Below are positions 38,193 through 48,253 of a DNA stretch of 64,000 nucleotides, in pieces. Made by a program: the position numbers and the translations under genes. Where the stretch lies: sequence record OQ921332.1, one strand, 5' to 3'. The DNA comes from Escherichia phage vB_EcoP_PAS59. Under the pieces are notes generated by a model that did no database searches, had not been told where the DNA came from, and saw nothing but the letters and a program-made list of their open reading frames with translations. Each line of letters starts with the position of its first letter. The first letter of the stretch is position 1.

Positions 38193-39164
38193 TTAAGAGC
38201 TAGCTAAGCCACCGATAACACCGCCAGCTAAAGCACCCCAAGGGCCAAAAGCTGAACCAGCAGCAGCACCACTCGCAGCACCGCCTAGGAAGCCTCCACT
38301 ACCACCAGATGTTTTAGTAGTTGTGGTTGTTCCCAAAGCCCCGTTAAGAACCCCGGCAGCACCTAGTTGATTGTTAATATCCTGCCAACCCCAATTAGCA
38401 GCATTCTGAGCATTCTCATAAGCATTGTTCAAATCAGACTGCTGTTGTTGCTGCTGTTGCAGTCCTGCATTCCACTGATTCATCATTTGCTGTTGTGATA
38501 GCTGACCAGCTTGGTTTCCTAGATTAGCAAGGTTGGAGCCAATGTTAGATAAACCACCTAAAGCAGATGCTTGTGTTTGTCTATTACCAGAAAGAATGTT
38601 CTGTGCTTGAGTTAGAGCAGAGTCATAGGCACTATTAGTAATATTAGTTGCTGTGTTCTGCATCTGGTTCAGAGCATCACCCTGAGCAAAAGATTTAGCC
38701 ATACGTGCACCAGAACCTTGCTGACCAGCAAACTGCTGAGAGATTTGAGGAAGTGCATTCCTAGCCAAACTCTGTTGGGTTTGTTCATTATTCGCTGCAA
38801 TAGCTGCTTGCACAGCCTCGTCGTCATAGAGCTGGCCTGCAAGAGCCCCAATCTGTTCTCCAGTGATTTGACCAGAGTTTGCAAGGTTGTTATATCCAGA
38901 GTATGTGTTATCTAGATACCCTAAACCAGATTGAGCAGCATCCATGTATTGAGAAGAAAGTGCACCTAATGCACCAGATTGTGATAGGTTGTTCAGAGCC
39001 TCTTGCTGGTTTTGATTAAGTCCAACATTTTCTCGATACACATAATCGCCTGAACTAGTGTTATTAACCTGATTGACCAGCTGATCAATATAGGATTGAA
39101 TGTAGTCAGGTCTTGTCATTTTAGAAGTAGTCTTGCTACTCCCACCACCAAATAAACCTGCCAT
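38193..39164 (-). CDS. Gln/Asn/Gly-rich virion protein, tandem paralog 1
   Basis: 'M-x-x-FG...KTT', 'EALNNLSQS', 'NAGLQQQQQ...NWGWQ', Gly-rich hydrophobic C-terminus. Confidence 0.4.
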   Translation of the reverse strand: MAGLFGGGSSKTTSKMTRPDYIQSYIDQLVNQVNNTSSGDYVYRENVGLNQNQQEALNNLSQSGALGALSSQYMDAAQSGLGYLDNTYSGYNNLANSGQITGEQIGALAGQLYDDEAVQAAIAANNEQTQQSLARNALPQISQQFAGQQGSGARMAKSFAQGDALNQMQNTATNITNSAYDSALTQAQNILSGNRQTQASALGGLSNIGSNLANLGNQAGQLSQQQMMNQWNAGLQQQQQQQSDLNNAYENAQNAANWGWQDINNQLGAAGVLNGALGTTTTTKTSGGSGGFLGGAASGAAAGSAFGPWGALAGGVIGGLASS

Positions 39165-39613
39165 TATTTACCTCCTCGCAGATATTTAATTGCATTTTCT
39201 AGGTTTTCTGGTGAATCTTTAAAAAGACCTAAACCAGTGTTACAACTAGAACACAGCAAACCTCTAATGTGAAGACCTTCATGACAATGATCGACAGCAA
39301 GTCTCTTAACAACCCCTTTCAGGGTTGCTGTCTCTGGTTGACCACAGATTGCACAAAGTCCTTCTTGCTTTTCAAACAGTGCATCATATTCTGCAAGAGT
39401 TATTCCATAAAGTCTTCTCAGGTTTCGGTCTGTTATATTCTCAACAGGTTCACCATAGAGTTTTTTATAGTATGACGGACTGGTTGTTTCTAAACCAGAG
39501 CTTTTGAGTTTTCTTTTTTCTTTCTCTCTCTGGCGGCTAGCCAGATATTTAGATACATCCCTATAACCTTTCTTACGAGCAGCAGCTATAGTGGATTCTG
39601 AGTATTCTTCCAT
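39164..39613 (-). CDS. endonuclease VII-like (His-Me finger) nuclease, putative junction resolvase
   Basis: 'CAICGQ...LAVDHCHEGLHIRGLLCSSCNTGLG' matches the endo VII signature. Confidence 0.55.
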   Translation of the reverse strand: MEEYSESTIAAARKKGYRDVSKYLASRQREKEKRKLKSSGLETTSPSYYKKLYGEPVENITDRNLRRLYGITLAEYDALFEKQEGLCAICGQPETATLKGVVKRLAVDHCHEGLHIRGLLCSSCNTGLGLFKDSPENLENAIKYLRGGK

Positions 39614-39622
39614 AGCTCCTCC

Positions 39623-40675
39623 TTAATTTGCTCCAAAGGCTCCTAGAACACCACCTAAGATATTACTCCCTGCGGTAGATAGCCAGTTGCTCTGACCGTT
39701 CTGTTGAGACAGGTTTGAGCCACCAATCATAGGACCAGCCATCCCAGCTTGACCTCCAGAAGCATTGTACGAATTCCAAGCATTAGTAGTTTGCTGGTTA
39801 GGGGTAAAAGCACCTAGACGACCAGCAATACCAAGACCAGTAATCCCAGCACCAAGGATTTGTTGTGAAGCATTAGGGGCAGCACCTCTATTAGTAATAG
39901 TGTACCCAGCCATTGGACTTACTGAGTTTAATACATTAAGCTGATTGTTAAGCTGATTCCAACCATACTGCTGACTACCAATAGCATTCTCCCAATTGTT
40001 GTTAGCTTGGAGTTGATCTTGCTGCTGTTGAAGGTTTCCAGCAATGAGCTGATTCTGTATTGCCTGTTGACCAGCTTGTACTCCAGCAGCACCTAGATTC
40101 AAGTTCTGACCTGCTAAACCAGATTGAGCATTTAGCAAACCTTGCTGATAAGAGTTGTTATTCAGAAGATTACTAACACCCATATTTTTACCCTGAATAG
40201 AGCGAGAGAGGTTAGTATTCGCTGAAGAAAGAGCAGCACCTTGGGCAGCAGCACGTCTCAGAGAACCTGAGTCAGATCCATTGCCAAGGGATACATTAGC
40301 AGCAGCTTTACCTGTAGACTTAGCTAGTGCAGAATTATTCAATCCAGAACTAAAGTTATTAACATCCTGAGCAGAGATACCACCTTTATTAACTAGGTTT
40401 TGGTATTTCTGAGCCAACTCATTCATCTGGTCTAGCCCTTGTTGAGTTCGAGGAGTATACATCTGACTAAGTTGGTTAAGTGTATTAGAGTTTGCTAAAT
40501 TAGAAAGAGCTGCCGTTTGGCCTTCATTAAAGCCCGCTATATTACGACTGATGAACCCTTGGTCATTTTGATTCATAGCTTGGGCATTGGCTACAATCTG
40601 TTTCAGAAGAGCATCAACCTGAGAAGACGGAGCTACCGTAGTCTTAGATTTAGGAGCAGAACCGAAAAGAGACAT
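39623..40675 (-). CDS. Gln/Asn/Gly-rich virion protein, tandem paralog 2
   Basis: 'MSLFG...KSKTT', 'TAALSNLANSN', 'LQQQQDQLQANNNWEN', Gly-rich C-terminus. Confidence 0.4.
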   Translation of the reverse strand: MSLFGSAPKSKTTVAPSSQVDALLKQIVANAQAMNQNDQGFISRNIAGFNEGQTAALSNLANSNTLNQLSQMYTPRTQQGLDQMNELAQKYQNLVNKGGISAQDVNNFSSGLNNSALAKSTGKAAANVSLGNGSDSGSLRRAAAQGAALSSANTNLSRSIQGKNMGVSNLLNNNSYQQGLLNAQSGLAGQNLNLGAAGVQAGQQAIQNQLIAGNLQQQQDQLQANNNWENAIGSQQYGWNQLNNQLNVLNSVSPMAGYTITNRGAAPNASQQILGAGITGLGIAGRLGAFTPNQQTTNAWNSYNASGGQAGMAGPMIGGSNLSQQNGQSNWLSTAGSNILGGVLGAFGAN

Positions 40676-40684
40676 ATGTCCTCC

Positions 40685-41482
40685 TTATCTGTAAATGTCA
40701 GTGCCTATGCTAGACAGACGTCTAAGCACGGCTTGTGTTTGTGGACTATATCGAGAACCTGCCTGAGTGGGAGCATGTGCTCTTTGCACAGTTTGAGAGT
40801 TAGGTTGCTTTCCTGCAAGCATAGAGGCAGCTGCCAATACAGCATTACCAAAATTCTGTTGAGGTTTTTGATCCTCTCCGGAAGATTGTTCGTCAGAGTA
40901 AAACTCTACAGGACTACCACCTAAAGCTCCAGCCTTACTTGCAGCTATCTCTGCCTGAGTTGGAGCATTAGCAGCTCCTTCTTTAGTAAGTGTGTTAGAG
41001 CCGAATTGGTCTACAGGTTGTGCTGCTTTCAAAGCACCGACAGGGTTAGCCACTTGAGATGCTGCTGTATTCTTATCAAAGAATGGTAGGAACAGTTTGT
41101 TATTCATCGAATCCAAAGCCTGAGGCGTAAACCCCTTCTTACCAGAGAACATCTGTTTAGCACCGCCAGTCCCTTCTGAATATCCCACCAAAGCCTTCCT
41201 CACATCGCCATCAAAAGCTTTTAGATTATCTCTTAAATATCTAGCACCCATGTCAATATTCTTTGCAGGGTCTAGCCTATCTTCAAGTTTGTACCCATAA
41301 TCTTTAGCCAACCCCTTACTAATTTGCATTAAACCTACTGGCCCTGTACCTGATGCAACAGAGGGTCTACCACTAGACTCCCTCTGGATAACTGCATGGA
41401 TAAGAGCAGCAGGAATGCCGTACTTCTTAGAAGCTTGCTGGACCATAGGATCTAGCTCAGACACTCCCATTCTTATTGTCAT
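40685..41482 (-). CDS. virion protein with lytic transglycosylase (SLT) domain
   Basis: 'QRESSGRPSVASGTGPVGLMQI' SLT catalytic motif. Confidence 0.6.
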   Translation of the reverse strand: MTIRMGVSELDPMVQQASKKYGIPAALIHAVIQRESSGRPSVASGTGPVGLMQISKGLAKDYGYKLEDRLDPAKNIDMGARYLRDNLKAFDGDVRKALVGYSEGTGGAKQMFSGKKGFTPQALDSMNNKLFLPFFDKNTAASQVANPVGALKAAQPVDQFGSNTLTKEGAANAPTQAEIAASKAGALGGSPVEFYSDEQSSGEDQKPQQNFGNAVLAAASMLAGKQPNSQTVQRAHAPTQAGSRYSPQTQAVLRRLSSIGTDIYR

Positions 41483-41494
41483 ACGTCCTCCTTG

Positions 41495-42529
41495 TTATAT
41501 ACTTGCAAAAACTTTAGTTGCATCTAATACAGGAACGGAGATCCCTATAGTTGAGTTAGAGCCTAGGTCGTAGGAGTTATCCCACTGGAACATATACCTC
41601 CCATACCCTGTACCAAAAGAAGAACCATTCATAGTGTGTGACCTAGCATGTTGGAAATACCAACCACTACCACTACCTCGGATAGCACCTACACCAGAAG
41701 ATAAAGGTATCATTGGGTATGAGATTCCTGTATTCCCACCACTATAAGGCATGAAATTGTGAATCATCATTGGTGTTCTGTAAGTAGAGAATACACACTG
41801 AGAGCCGTTAGGAGAATAAATGTTTAGTCCTCCATTGTGAGTAGGGACACTACCACCATCACAGAATACTGCAACCCTAACTGTTCCAATGTTACCACCT
41901 GCGTTGTTGTTTCCGTTATTGTAAGATCTGTTCTGATACACACGGATAGTTCTATCACCAGCTGTGTAGAGAAGACCTGCACCACTATTTGACCAGTTAG
42001 CAAATACCATGTATCTATTTGAGTCAAACCCGCTAATTGCTGGTATTTGCATAGAGCCGTTGATTGTTCCCTCCCAAGCATAGATACACTGACCAACTGT
42101 ACCACTATCAGAGATGGAGAAATAGTCAGCTGTGTTTGAAAAAGTAATACCGTAATTTCTATTAGCTCTAGGCCAAATCTGATATACGTTAAACCCACAA
42201 TCAAACAAAGGGTTGCTTCCGGGGTTTTGATTGATACTGACCCTAAAGGTAGAATTGTTAACCACAGATATTCCGGTGACACAATAAACATCAGGAACCA
42301 AGTTAGGAGGGACTTCCCATTGCCAACACAAACTACCAATCGGAGCAATAACAATCTGACCTGAACCATCCCAGCCAGATATAGGAAAATCTCTACTCCC
42401 ACCATTGAAGTTGTAATTACCACTTACTCTGTTCTTAAACTGAGGGAATGTTGAATCGCTATCAATATATAAGTCAGCTGGAGAAGCTGGTCCCGGACCT
42501 ACCGGAGTTGTCCAAATCCCATATGCCAT
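41495..42529 (-). CDS. structural protein (tail/receptor-binding candidate)
   Basis: Gly/Asn/Ser-rich composition typical of tail proteins. Confidence 0.35.
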   Translation of the reverse strand: MAYGIWTTPVGPGPASPADLYIDSDSTFPQFKNRVSGNYNFNGGSRDFPISGWDGSGQIVIAPIGSLCWQWEVPPNLVPDVYCVTGISVVNNSTFRVSINQNPGSNPLFDCGFNVYQIWPRANRNYGITFSNTADYFSISDSGTVGQCIYAWEGTINGSMQIPAISGFDSNRYMVFANWSNSGAGLLYTAGDRTIRVYQNRSYNNGNNNAGGNIGTVRVAVFCDGGSVPTHNGGLNIYSPNGSQCVFSTYRTPMMIHNFMPYSGGNTGISYPMIPLSSGVGAIRGSGSGWYFQHARSHTMNGSSFGTGYGRYMFQWDNSYDLGSNSTIGISVPVLDATKVFASI

Positions 42530-42530
42530 A

Positions 42531-43544
42531 TTACCATGTCCCTATTCTGATTCTCAAAACACCATTACCGTCATAGAAATCTATACGGCTTCCATTCATC
42601 CACAGCCTGTTACCACCAGAGCTTGGACCTAGTTGGAAATCTCCACCAACTGTAAGTCTCCAGTTAGTTCCGCTCATTGCACCAGCAGTGATTTTATTAG
42701 CTGCCAAGTTTTGAATCTGAGCATTACTAACAGACACATTATCAATTTGTGCCCATTGGATTCTAGCATTTGCTATCATTGCTGTCGTTATATTGACATT
42801 CTTGATGTCCGCAAATTCCATCCTAGCTCGACCGTTCTCAAAAACAAAAGGAGTGTTACCTGTTGTTCCGTTACCAACTATAAACTTGTTAGCAGTAACT
42901 TGAAATTGGCTATTAGTTCCGTTGTTGGTCAGCTTAACACCAGCATACTGACCGTTGACAGAAGAGTTGACACCCCAAGTAGCCTCATATGAAGAAAGTT
43001 TCATATATTGAGATAAAGAGTTCTGAACTGTAGTAACTTTACCATCTACCGTTGCTATCTGTTGACCTTGAGCGGTAAGCTCTGTTTGAACTAAAGCAAT
43101 CTCTTGACCTTGGTCATTTACAATACCTTCTACCGTTTGAATCTTAAGATTAGCCCCTTCAATAGAGGTCTTGAAGCCTGCTACCGTCCCATCTAGTTTG
43201 GTAGGAGGAACAGTTGAGTTATCCCAAATATCTTCAGTGGACAGATTACCCATTTGTGTCTGGATATCAGCAATAGCTGTTTCAATCTCTGTAGTAATTC
43301 TATTCTCAAGTTCGTCAAATTGAAGATTCATTGCATTAAGAGCTTTGATTCGAACATCAATCTCATCATGTATCTCATCAATTGCTTGGAACATTTGGTT
43401 TGTAGCGGTGCTGACTTTCTGGAGTTCATCATAAACCGCAACGTTGTATTTATCCGTATCCTCTACATTGTTGAGAAAGCCAACGTTGTAGGGAAGCGTG
43501 GTGTTGTTTCTTCCAGTATTCTTACGAAAACCTCCAGCACCCAT
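42531..43544 (-). CDS. structural protein (tail fiber/needle-like, coiled coil)
   Basis: ORF in structural block. Confidence 0.35.
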   Translation of the reverse strand: MGAGGFRKNTGRNNTTLPYNVGFLNNVEDTDKYNVAVYDELQKVSTATNQMFQAIDEIHDEIDVRIKALNAMNLQFDELENRITTEIETAIADIQTQMGNLSTEDIWDNSTVPPTKLDGTVAGFKTSIEGANLKIQTVEGIVNDQGQEIALVQTELTAQGQQIATVDGKVTTVQNSLSQYMKLSSYEATWGVNSSVNGQYAGVKLTNNGTNSQFQVTANKFIVGNGTTGNTPFVFENGRARMEFADIKNVNITTAMIANARIQWAQIDNVSVSNAQIQNLAANKITAGAMSGTNWRLTVGGDFQLGPSSGGNRLWMNGSRIDFYDGNGVLRIRIGTW

Positions 43545-43560
43545 AAGTACCTCCCATTAT

Positions 43561-43587
43561 AAACAATAAAAGGGGCCGAAGCCCCTT
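43561..43587 (-). terminator. hairpin GGGGC-UUCG-GCCCC followed by U-rich tract
   Basis: Immediately after stop of 43592-46591. Confidence 0.45.
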
Positions 43588-43591
43588 GTCG

Positions 43592-46591
43592 TTACCTTCG
43601 ACCGCCAACAGCAAACTCTATAGTGAGTCCATTCATAGAGGCATTACTATTAACATCATTATCTATAACATTATAGAATAGGTATGGATGGTTCAATCTG
43701 ACCGATACGTGACGATCTACACCAACCCTAAACTCTTTAGTTGAGTGATTATGTCCATACTCATTAGAGAATTGACTTCCACCTGCTTCGAACACATAAG
43801 TACCTGTTCCAGTTACTTGTGGTCTAAACTTGTTGATGTGTTTTTGATTCCATTCATTAGTGACATTATCAAAGTCAATACCAGTCCTCTCTAGCCTCAT
43901 TTCTAAAGGCCTTTCTATAACTGTATCATTTGATCTGTCATAAAAATAATCTAAAGCACCAACATCTACTTGATAGAACCCTCTCAAGAAAGAACCTACT
44001 ATTGTAACCCTCTGACGGAAGTTTGTTGCATCCTTTCTCCAGACAAGTTTGTCAATAGATGGATCATCCCAAGTGACTTCTTGAAAGTCTGCCCAAATAG
44101 GACCACGCTCAAGAACAGGAGGATCAACCAAACCAATACAGTAAGAGTATGGAATAGTACGGAAAGACCAAGTATCAAATTCGTAGTTCCAAACAGCAGC
44201 TTTGGTACAAGCGAAACTCTCTTTTGGCTCTCCCGGTCCTACATATAGAATCCAAACTTCTTTCTTATCTTGATGTAGATGGACTTTGGTAGCTATAGGA
44301 TTTACTAGGCATATTTCATTGATTAGCATATTCTTAACACGGTTAGAAGCAATAGACTTCTTAGATGCCCCATTATGAAGAATAACATCGTTCTGAGTAA
44401 CTACAAAATGACCACCCTCTACTTCCACAACACATTCGGGAGCAAGAATTCCTGAATCGTTAAACAACTTCTTAAACATCAGAGGTTGATATGTGTTATT
44501 AGTGGGTGACCCAATGTATGTCTCAAATTCAGTGTAAACAAACAAATAGTCCTTCAGAGGTAACACTTCTATAAGACTACCGTTCGAATCTGCAAGATCA
44601 ATATACCCTGCATACCCATTCTCAAGAGCTTCAGTCTGTCCGACAATATTAGCAGCAAGATCAGAGCTGACAGCCCTATCATATGCATAATCATCCCACA
44701 GCTCTGGAGCCTTGTTCTCTTCTGCAAAATTAGACCAACGAAGACGCAACGGGTAATGTGTTGTAACGCCAGAAGCATTAGATTCTCTCATATTCAGAGC
44801 AAACAATCTGTTGTTAAATGCACGAATGCGCTCACACTTCCAGTTATACTTCTTAACAGAAGGGTTCCCTGATGCATCTACTACTGTCTGTTCACCCCAT
44901 CCCGGCAAGTCAACAAAGTATTCAGAATCAAACTCTTTAACTTGAGGAGTTTCATAATGGGTGGTTGCAACTGCACAGTTAGAGATGATAGTATGATACC
45001 ACGGGTAATCTTCAAAAGCATCGTAGTCTTTTTGAACCATCTGACTTACAGTGCAGGTAACTTTCACTTCACCCTTACGGAGAGCTGTGAGCTTGAGAGT
45101 AGGACTACTGGTGTTGGTAGTAGACACATAACCACTCTTATCTACGGTCCATTTATAGGAATAGTTACCAGTCGGAGAAGCTGTTGCTGTCAATACAATC
45201 TCTTCACCAACATCCAGAGAGGCATCTATAATATCCAAAGTCACGCCACTTAAAGGAGGATCATTAGCTAGAAGAGCAGCTCTGCCAAAACCTTCAAGGT
45301 CCATTACGTTAGAGTAGTCATAGAAATTGTTACCTTCTGCCATACCTGTTGTATCAATTCCAGTGTTCTCTGATGCAAAATATACCACATCTTCTTTCTC
45401 AATCACAGGCTCTTCTACCGGAGCTTCAGGAGTAATAGAGTAAGACAAAGAACGAGCCATTCTAGAAGCCAAACCAACTTGAACTTCACAAGTAGCGGTA
45501 CGATTACCTTCTACAGTTGTTGCTGTAATTTGAGTATACCCCGCTACTAAACCAGTAATAGTTGCTTCTGTACTAGAACCACTAACAGTAGCAATGTTGG
45601 GGTTAGAACTTGTCCAAGTGATTGCTTTGTTAGGGGCATTGGCTGGATTAACCGTAGCTGTTAGTATGTACTGAGTCCCTCTATTCATTGTTACATTCTC
45701 TTGACTTAGAGAGATGCTATCAATCTGAGGAATTGCAGAAACTACACAAGATGCAGTTTTTGTCCCATTATCAGCTGTAATGGTTACGTTACCTTCTCCT
45801 GAAGCCCTCAATACTGCGGTTAAAGAGTTTGAGTTAGGTGTGACTGACACAATACTTGGGTTAGAGCTTGTCCAAGTGACGCTTGGTTTTCCTGTAATAG
45901 CAGTAAGTGTTGAAGTTCCTCCTTTTCTCACTGTCAATGTATCCTGACTTAAGAAGATTCCAGAATCTCCATCAATAATGTTAACAGCAATCTGAGTGGA
46001 CACAGATTCATCTGCTGTTCGAACTGTAACTACTAGATTTCCTTCAACAGCTTTAGAAGTAAGTGTTGCTTTTTTGGAATCTGTAGGGTCAACAACAATG
46101 CTACCATATGCTGAATTACTTACTGACCAAACTAGATTAGTATTCTGTGCATCTTCCGGGGTTATACTGACTTCTAAAACCTTTGTCTTGTTGAAAGTCA
46201 TTGAGACAGAAGACTCTTTAGGGGTAATAGAAGATACAACCGGATAGATCTTGAGTGTCGCTGTTGCTTTCTTAGTTGCCGTAGCAACCTTGCGGCTGAT
46301 ATCAGTAAGCCCTTCATCAGTTAATTTGTACAACTTCTTGTCTGTACCAACTACAAGGAAACTATTGCCAGCACTGTAATAATCAAAAGGCATAGAGATA
46401 AAAGAAAGAGGGGTTAGGTCTTTATCTTCATCAACGTAAGAAAGAGGGGCATTGCCCCCCGTCTTAAATACCCTCTGCTCTACAAAGCGAGCATTAATAG
46501 CGTTAGTGAAAGCATTTGGTGCTAAGTCAGTAGGTGCTTGGTCAGCGATAACCCCAACTGCCCCTAATGATTTTATTGGATATAAAGCCAT
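43592..46591 (-). CDS. large structural protein with tandem Ig-like (Big_2-type) domains
   Basis: At least three repeats such as 'VSITPEDAQNTNLVWSVSNSAYGSIVVDPT', 'SVTWTSSNPSIVSVTPNSN', 'AITWTSSNPNIATVSGSS'. Confidence 0.5.
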   Translation of the reverse strand: MALYPIKSLGAVGVIADQAPTDLAPNAFTNAINARFVEQRVFKTGGNAPLSYVDEDKDLTPLSFISMPFDYYSAGNSFLVVGTDKKLYKLTDEGLTDISRKVATATKKATATLKIYPVVSSITPKESSVSMTFNKTKVLEVSITPEDAQNTNLVWSVSNSAYGSIVVDPTDSKKATLTSKAVEGNLVVTVRTADESVSTQIAVNIIDGDSGIFLSQDTLTVRKGGTSTLTAITGKPSVTWTSSNPSIVSVTPNSNSLTAVLRASGEGNVTITADNGTKTASCVVSAIPQIDSISLSQENVTMNRGTQYILTATVNPANAPNKAITWTSSNPNIATVSGSSTEATITGLVAGYTQITATTVEGNRTATCEVQVGLASRMARSLSYSITPEAPVEEPVIEKEDVVYFASENTGIDTTGMAEGNNFYDYSNVMDLEGFGRAALLANDPPLSGVTLDIIDASLDVGEEIVLTATASPTGNYSYKWTVDKSGYVSTTNTSSPTLKLTALRKGEVKVTCTVSQMVQKDYDAFEDYPWYHTIISNCAVATTHYETPQVKEFDSEYFVDLPGWGEQTVVDASGNPSVKKYNWKCERIRAFNNRLFALNMRESNASGVTTHYPLRLRWSNFAEENKAPELWDDYAYDRAVSSDLAANIVGQTEALENGYAGYIDLADSNGSLIEVLPLKDYLFVYTEFETYIGSPTNNTYQPLMFKKLFNDSGILAPECVVEVEGGHFVVTQNDVILHNGASKKSIASNRVKNMLINEICLVNPIATKVHLHQDKKEVWILYVGPGEPKESFACTKAAVWNYEFDTWSFRTIPYSYCIGLVDPPVLERGPIWADFQEVTWDDPSIDKLVWRKDATNFRQRVTIVGSFLRGFYQVDVGALDYFYDRSNDTVIERPLEMRLERTGIDFDNVTNEWNQKHINKFRPQVTGTGTYVFEAGGSQFSNEYGHNHSTKEFRVGVDRHVSVRLNHPYLFYNVIDNDVNSNASMNGLTIEFAVGGRR

Positions 46592-46602
46592 TATAGCCCT
46601 CC

Positions 46603-47406
46603 TTAGCTAATACGTCTCCAAATGTGTGCTGCTCGGAACGGCGGCAATGTGTTAATAGGTTGGCGAGATGTATCATCACGACCAAAACTAACAGAACCTG
46701 TGATTGTGTGTGAGTGAGTATTAGTGTCAGTCACCTGAGTGTAACCACTACCCGGACTATACCAGTTAGGGCTGCTGTTATGACCACTTGCATCACCTCG
46801 TCCCATTCTGATATTGTGTGAGTGGGAATAAGAACTAACTTGGAAGCTAGAGCCATTGATTGTGGTTAGAGGTATGTTATCAGCACGAATCGTATTGAAT
46901 ACGCGACCACCTGTACCACCTGCTTGAAATTCTACACGTTGGGCGTTAGGAACAGACCCATCAGGGTTAACAACACCAGTACCCATAATAACACCTGTTA
47001 CTTTAGCCCAAGAGCCAAAACCAAGAGATGCAGAATCACCGGGGTTAATATCTTCTTCAGTGATGTAATAAGAACCAATACGGTACAACTTATTCTGCAT
47101 CCAGTTCAACATGAAAGCTTCCATCTGACCTTTTGTTACAGCATCCCTATCCCCGGTTCCCGGAGTAAGGTTCTTAATCATGAGATTACCAACATCCATA
47201 GCATCACCAGTAAAAGTGATCTTCTCTGATAGAGCTTTAAAAGATTCAGAAGAAAGGTTTACTGGTTCTGTAATATTTGGGAATGTGTTAATCAAAACCT
47301 GCTTAATAAGGCGGAGTTGAGCCGCCCCTTCATAAATGTAATCTCTGTCTCTAGGGTACAGAGGGTTTAAATCGGTAGTCACTACCGCAGTTGTTTCGAT
47401 AGCCAA
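46603..47406 (-). CDS. tail fiber-like protein
   Basis: 'TGDRDAVTKGQMEAF' resembles the D-A-V-x-x-Q-L motif in both large fibers. Confidence 0.4.
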   Translation of the reverse strand: MAIETTAVVTTDLNPLYPRDRDYIYEGAAQLRLIKQVLINTFPNITEPVNLSSESFKALSEKITFTGDAMDVGNLMIKNLTPGTGDRDAVTKGQMEAFMLNWMQNKLYRIGSYYITEEDINPGDSASLGFGSWAKVTGVIMGTGVVNPDGSVPNAQRVEFQAGGTGGRVFNTIRADNIPLTTINGSSFQVSSYSHSHNIRMGRGDASGHNSSPNWYSPGSGYTQVTDTNTHSHTITGSVSFGRDDTSRQPINTLPPFRAAHIWRRIS

Positions 47407-47418
47407 AAGGCACCTCCA

Positions 47419-47943
47419 TTAATATTTTCCTGTGGTGTATAGGTCTGCTTCTGCAACCCTACGATTGTGAAGTCCCGGACTCTGTTGTTTTACACCCTTA
47501 ACAGTTATCTTATCCCAACGCAAGAATTCTGAATAAACATCACCCTTTACGTCCCCGTTAATCACTTTCCTAAGTTTTGAGGTTGATAGAGCACCACCAC
47601 CAACATTAAAGTTGAACGAGGTGACAGCATCAAACTCATGAGCTAACATAGGAACTCTTATGTTTTTCTGAGTAGCACGAACAGAGTCTTGTGTGTCTCT
47701 ATCTAGCAGAGCTAGACAATCCTCTATAGAATACGTTAATCCTTGTCTTACTGGATACCCATTCATATCGCGCGTAGCCCCTACACATATTGTCCAGATT
47801 CCAGCGGAGTCTTTATAGGCTTTAGTTCTCATGCCTTCATGTTTCATGATAAACTCCATACCGTCCGGACTCAGGCTCATTTGTACAGGTGGCAATGCGA
47901 TAGCGTCCATCTTGACCTCCTTTTTGTTATTATGATAGGTCAA
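47419..47943 (-). CDS. lysozyme (GH24, T4 e-like) endolysin
   Basis: 'MKHEGMRTKAYKDSAGIWTICVGAT' catalytic motif; start may be the internal Met near 47910. Confidence 0.7.
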   Translation of the reverse strand: MTYHNNKKEVKMDAIALPPVQMSLSPDGMEFIMKHEGMRTKAYKDSAGIWTICVGATRDMNGYPVRQGLTYSIEDCLALLDRDTQDSVRATQKNIRVPMLAHEFDAVTSFNFNVGGGALSTSKLRKVINGDVKGDVYSEFLRWDKITVKGVKQQSPGLHNRRVAEADLYTTGKY

Positions 47944-48162
47944 TTAAGGAAGAATTTTTCTCAGAGCTGAAGATTGAGCATCTGGGCAAATAACAACCAA
48001 ATTATTTTGAATGGTCCTTTGTTTACATTGAGAACTAAGCTTCTCTACGGGAGCTTCTATAACAGAATGAGAGCTTACCGCATTTACAGGCACTGCCGTA
48101 GAAATCACAAAACCAGTCCCTAAGCAAGCAAGACCATAAGTTACTTGTTTCATCATTTTCAT
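47944..48162 (-). CDS. small hydrophobic-N-terminus protein (possible holin or signal-anchored protein)
   Basis: 'VTYGLACLGTGFVISTAVPVNA'; abuts lysozyme gene. Confidence 0.3.
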   Translation of the reverse strand: MKMMKQVTYGLACLGTGFVISTAVPVNAVSSHSVIEAPVEKLSSQCKQRTIQNNLVVICPDAQSSALRKILP

Positions 48163-48229
48163 TTTCTTCTCCTTTTCGTTTTCCTTTTGGATATAATAGT
48201 TTCATTACTTATTCATCAGTTTCACTCCT

Positions 48230-48249
48230 AAAAGCCCCCGAAGGGGCTG
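48230..48249 (-). terminator. hairpin AGCCCC-UUCG-GGGGCU (weak U-tract)
   Basis: After stop of 48254-50377. Confidence 0.3.
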
Positions 48250-48253
48250 TTAA

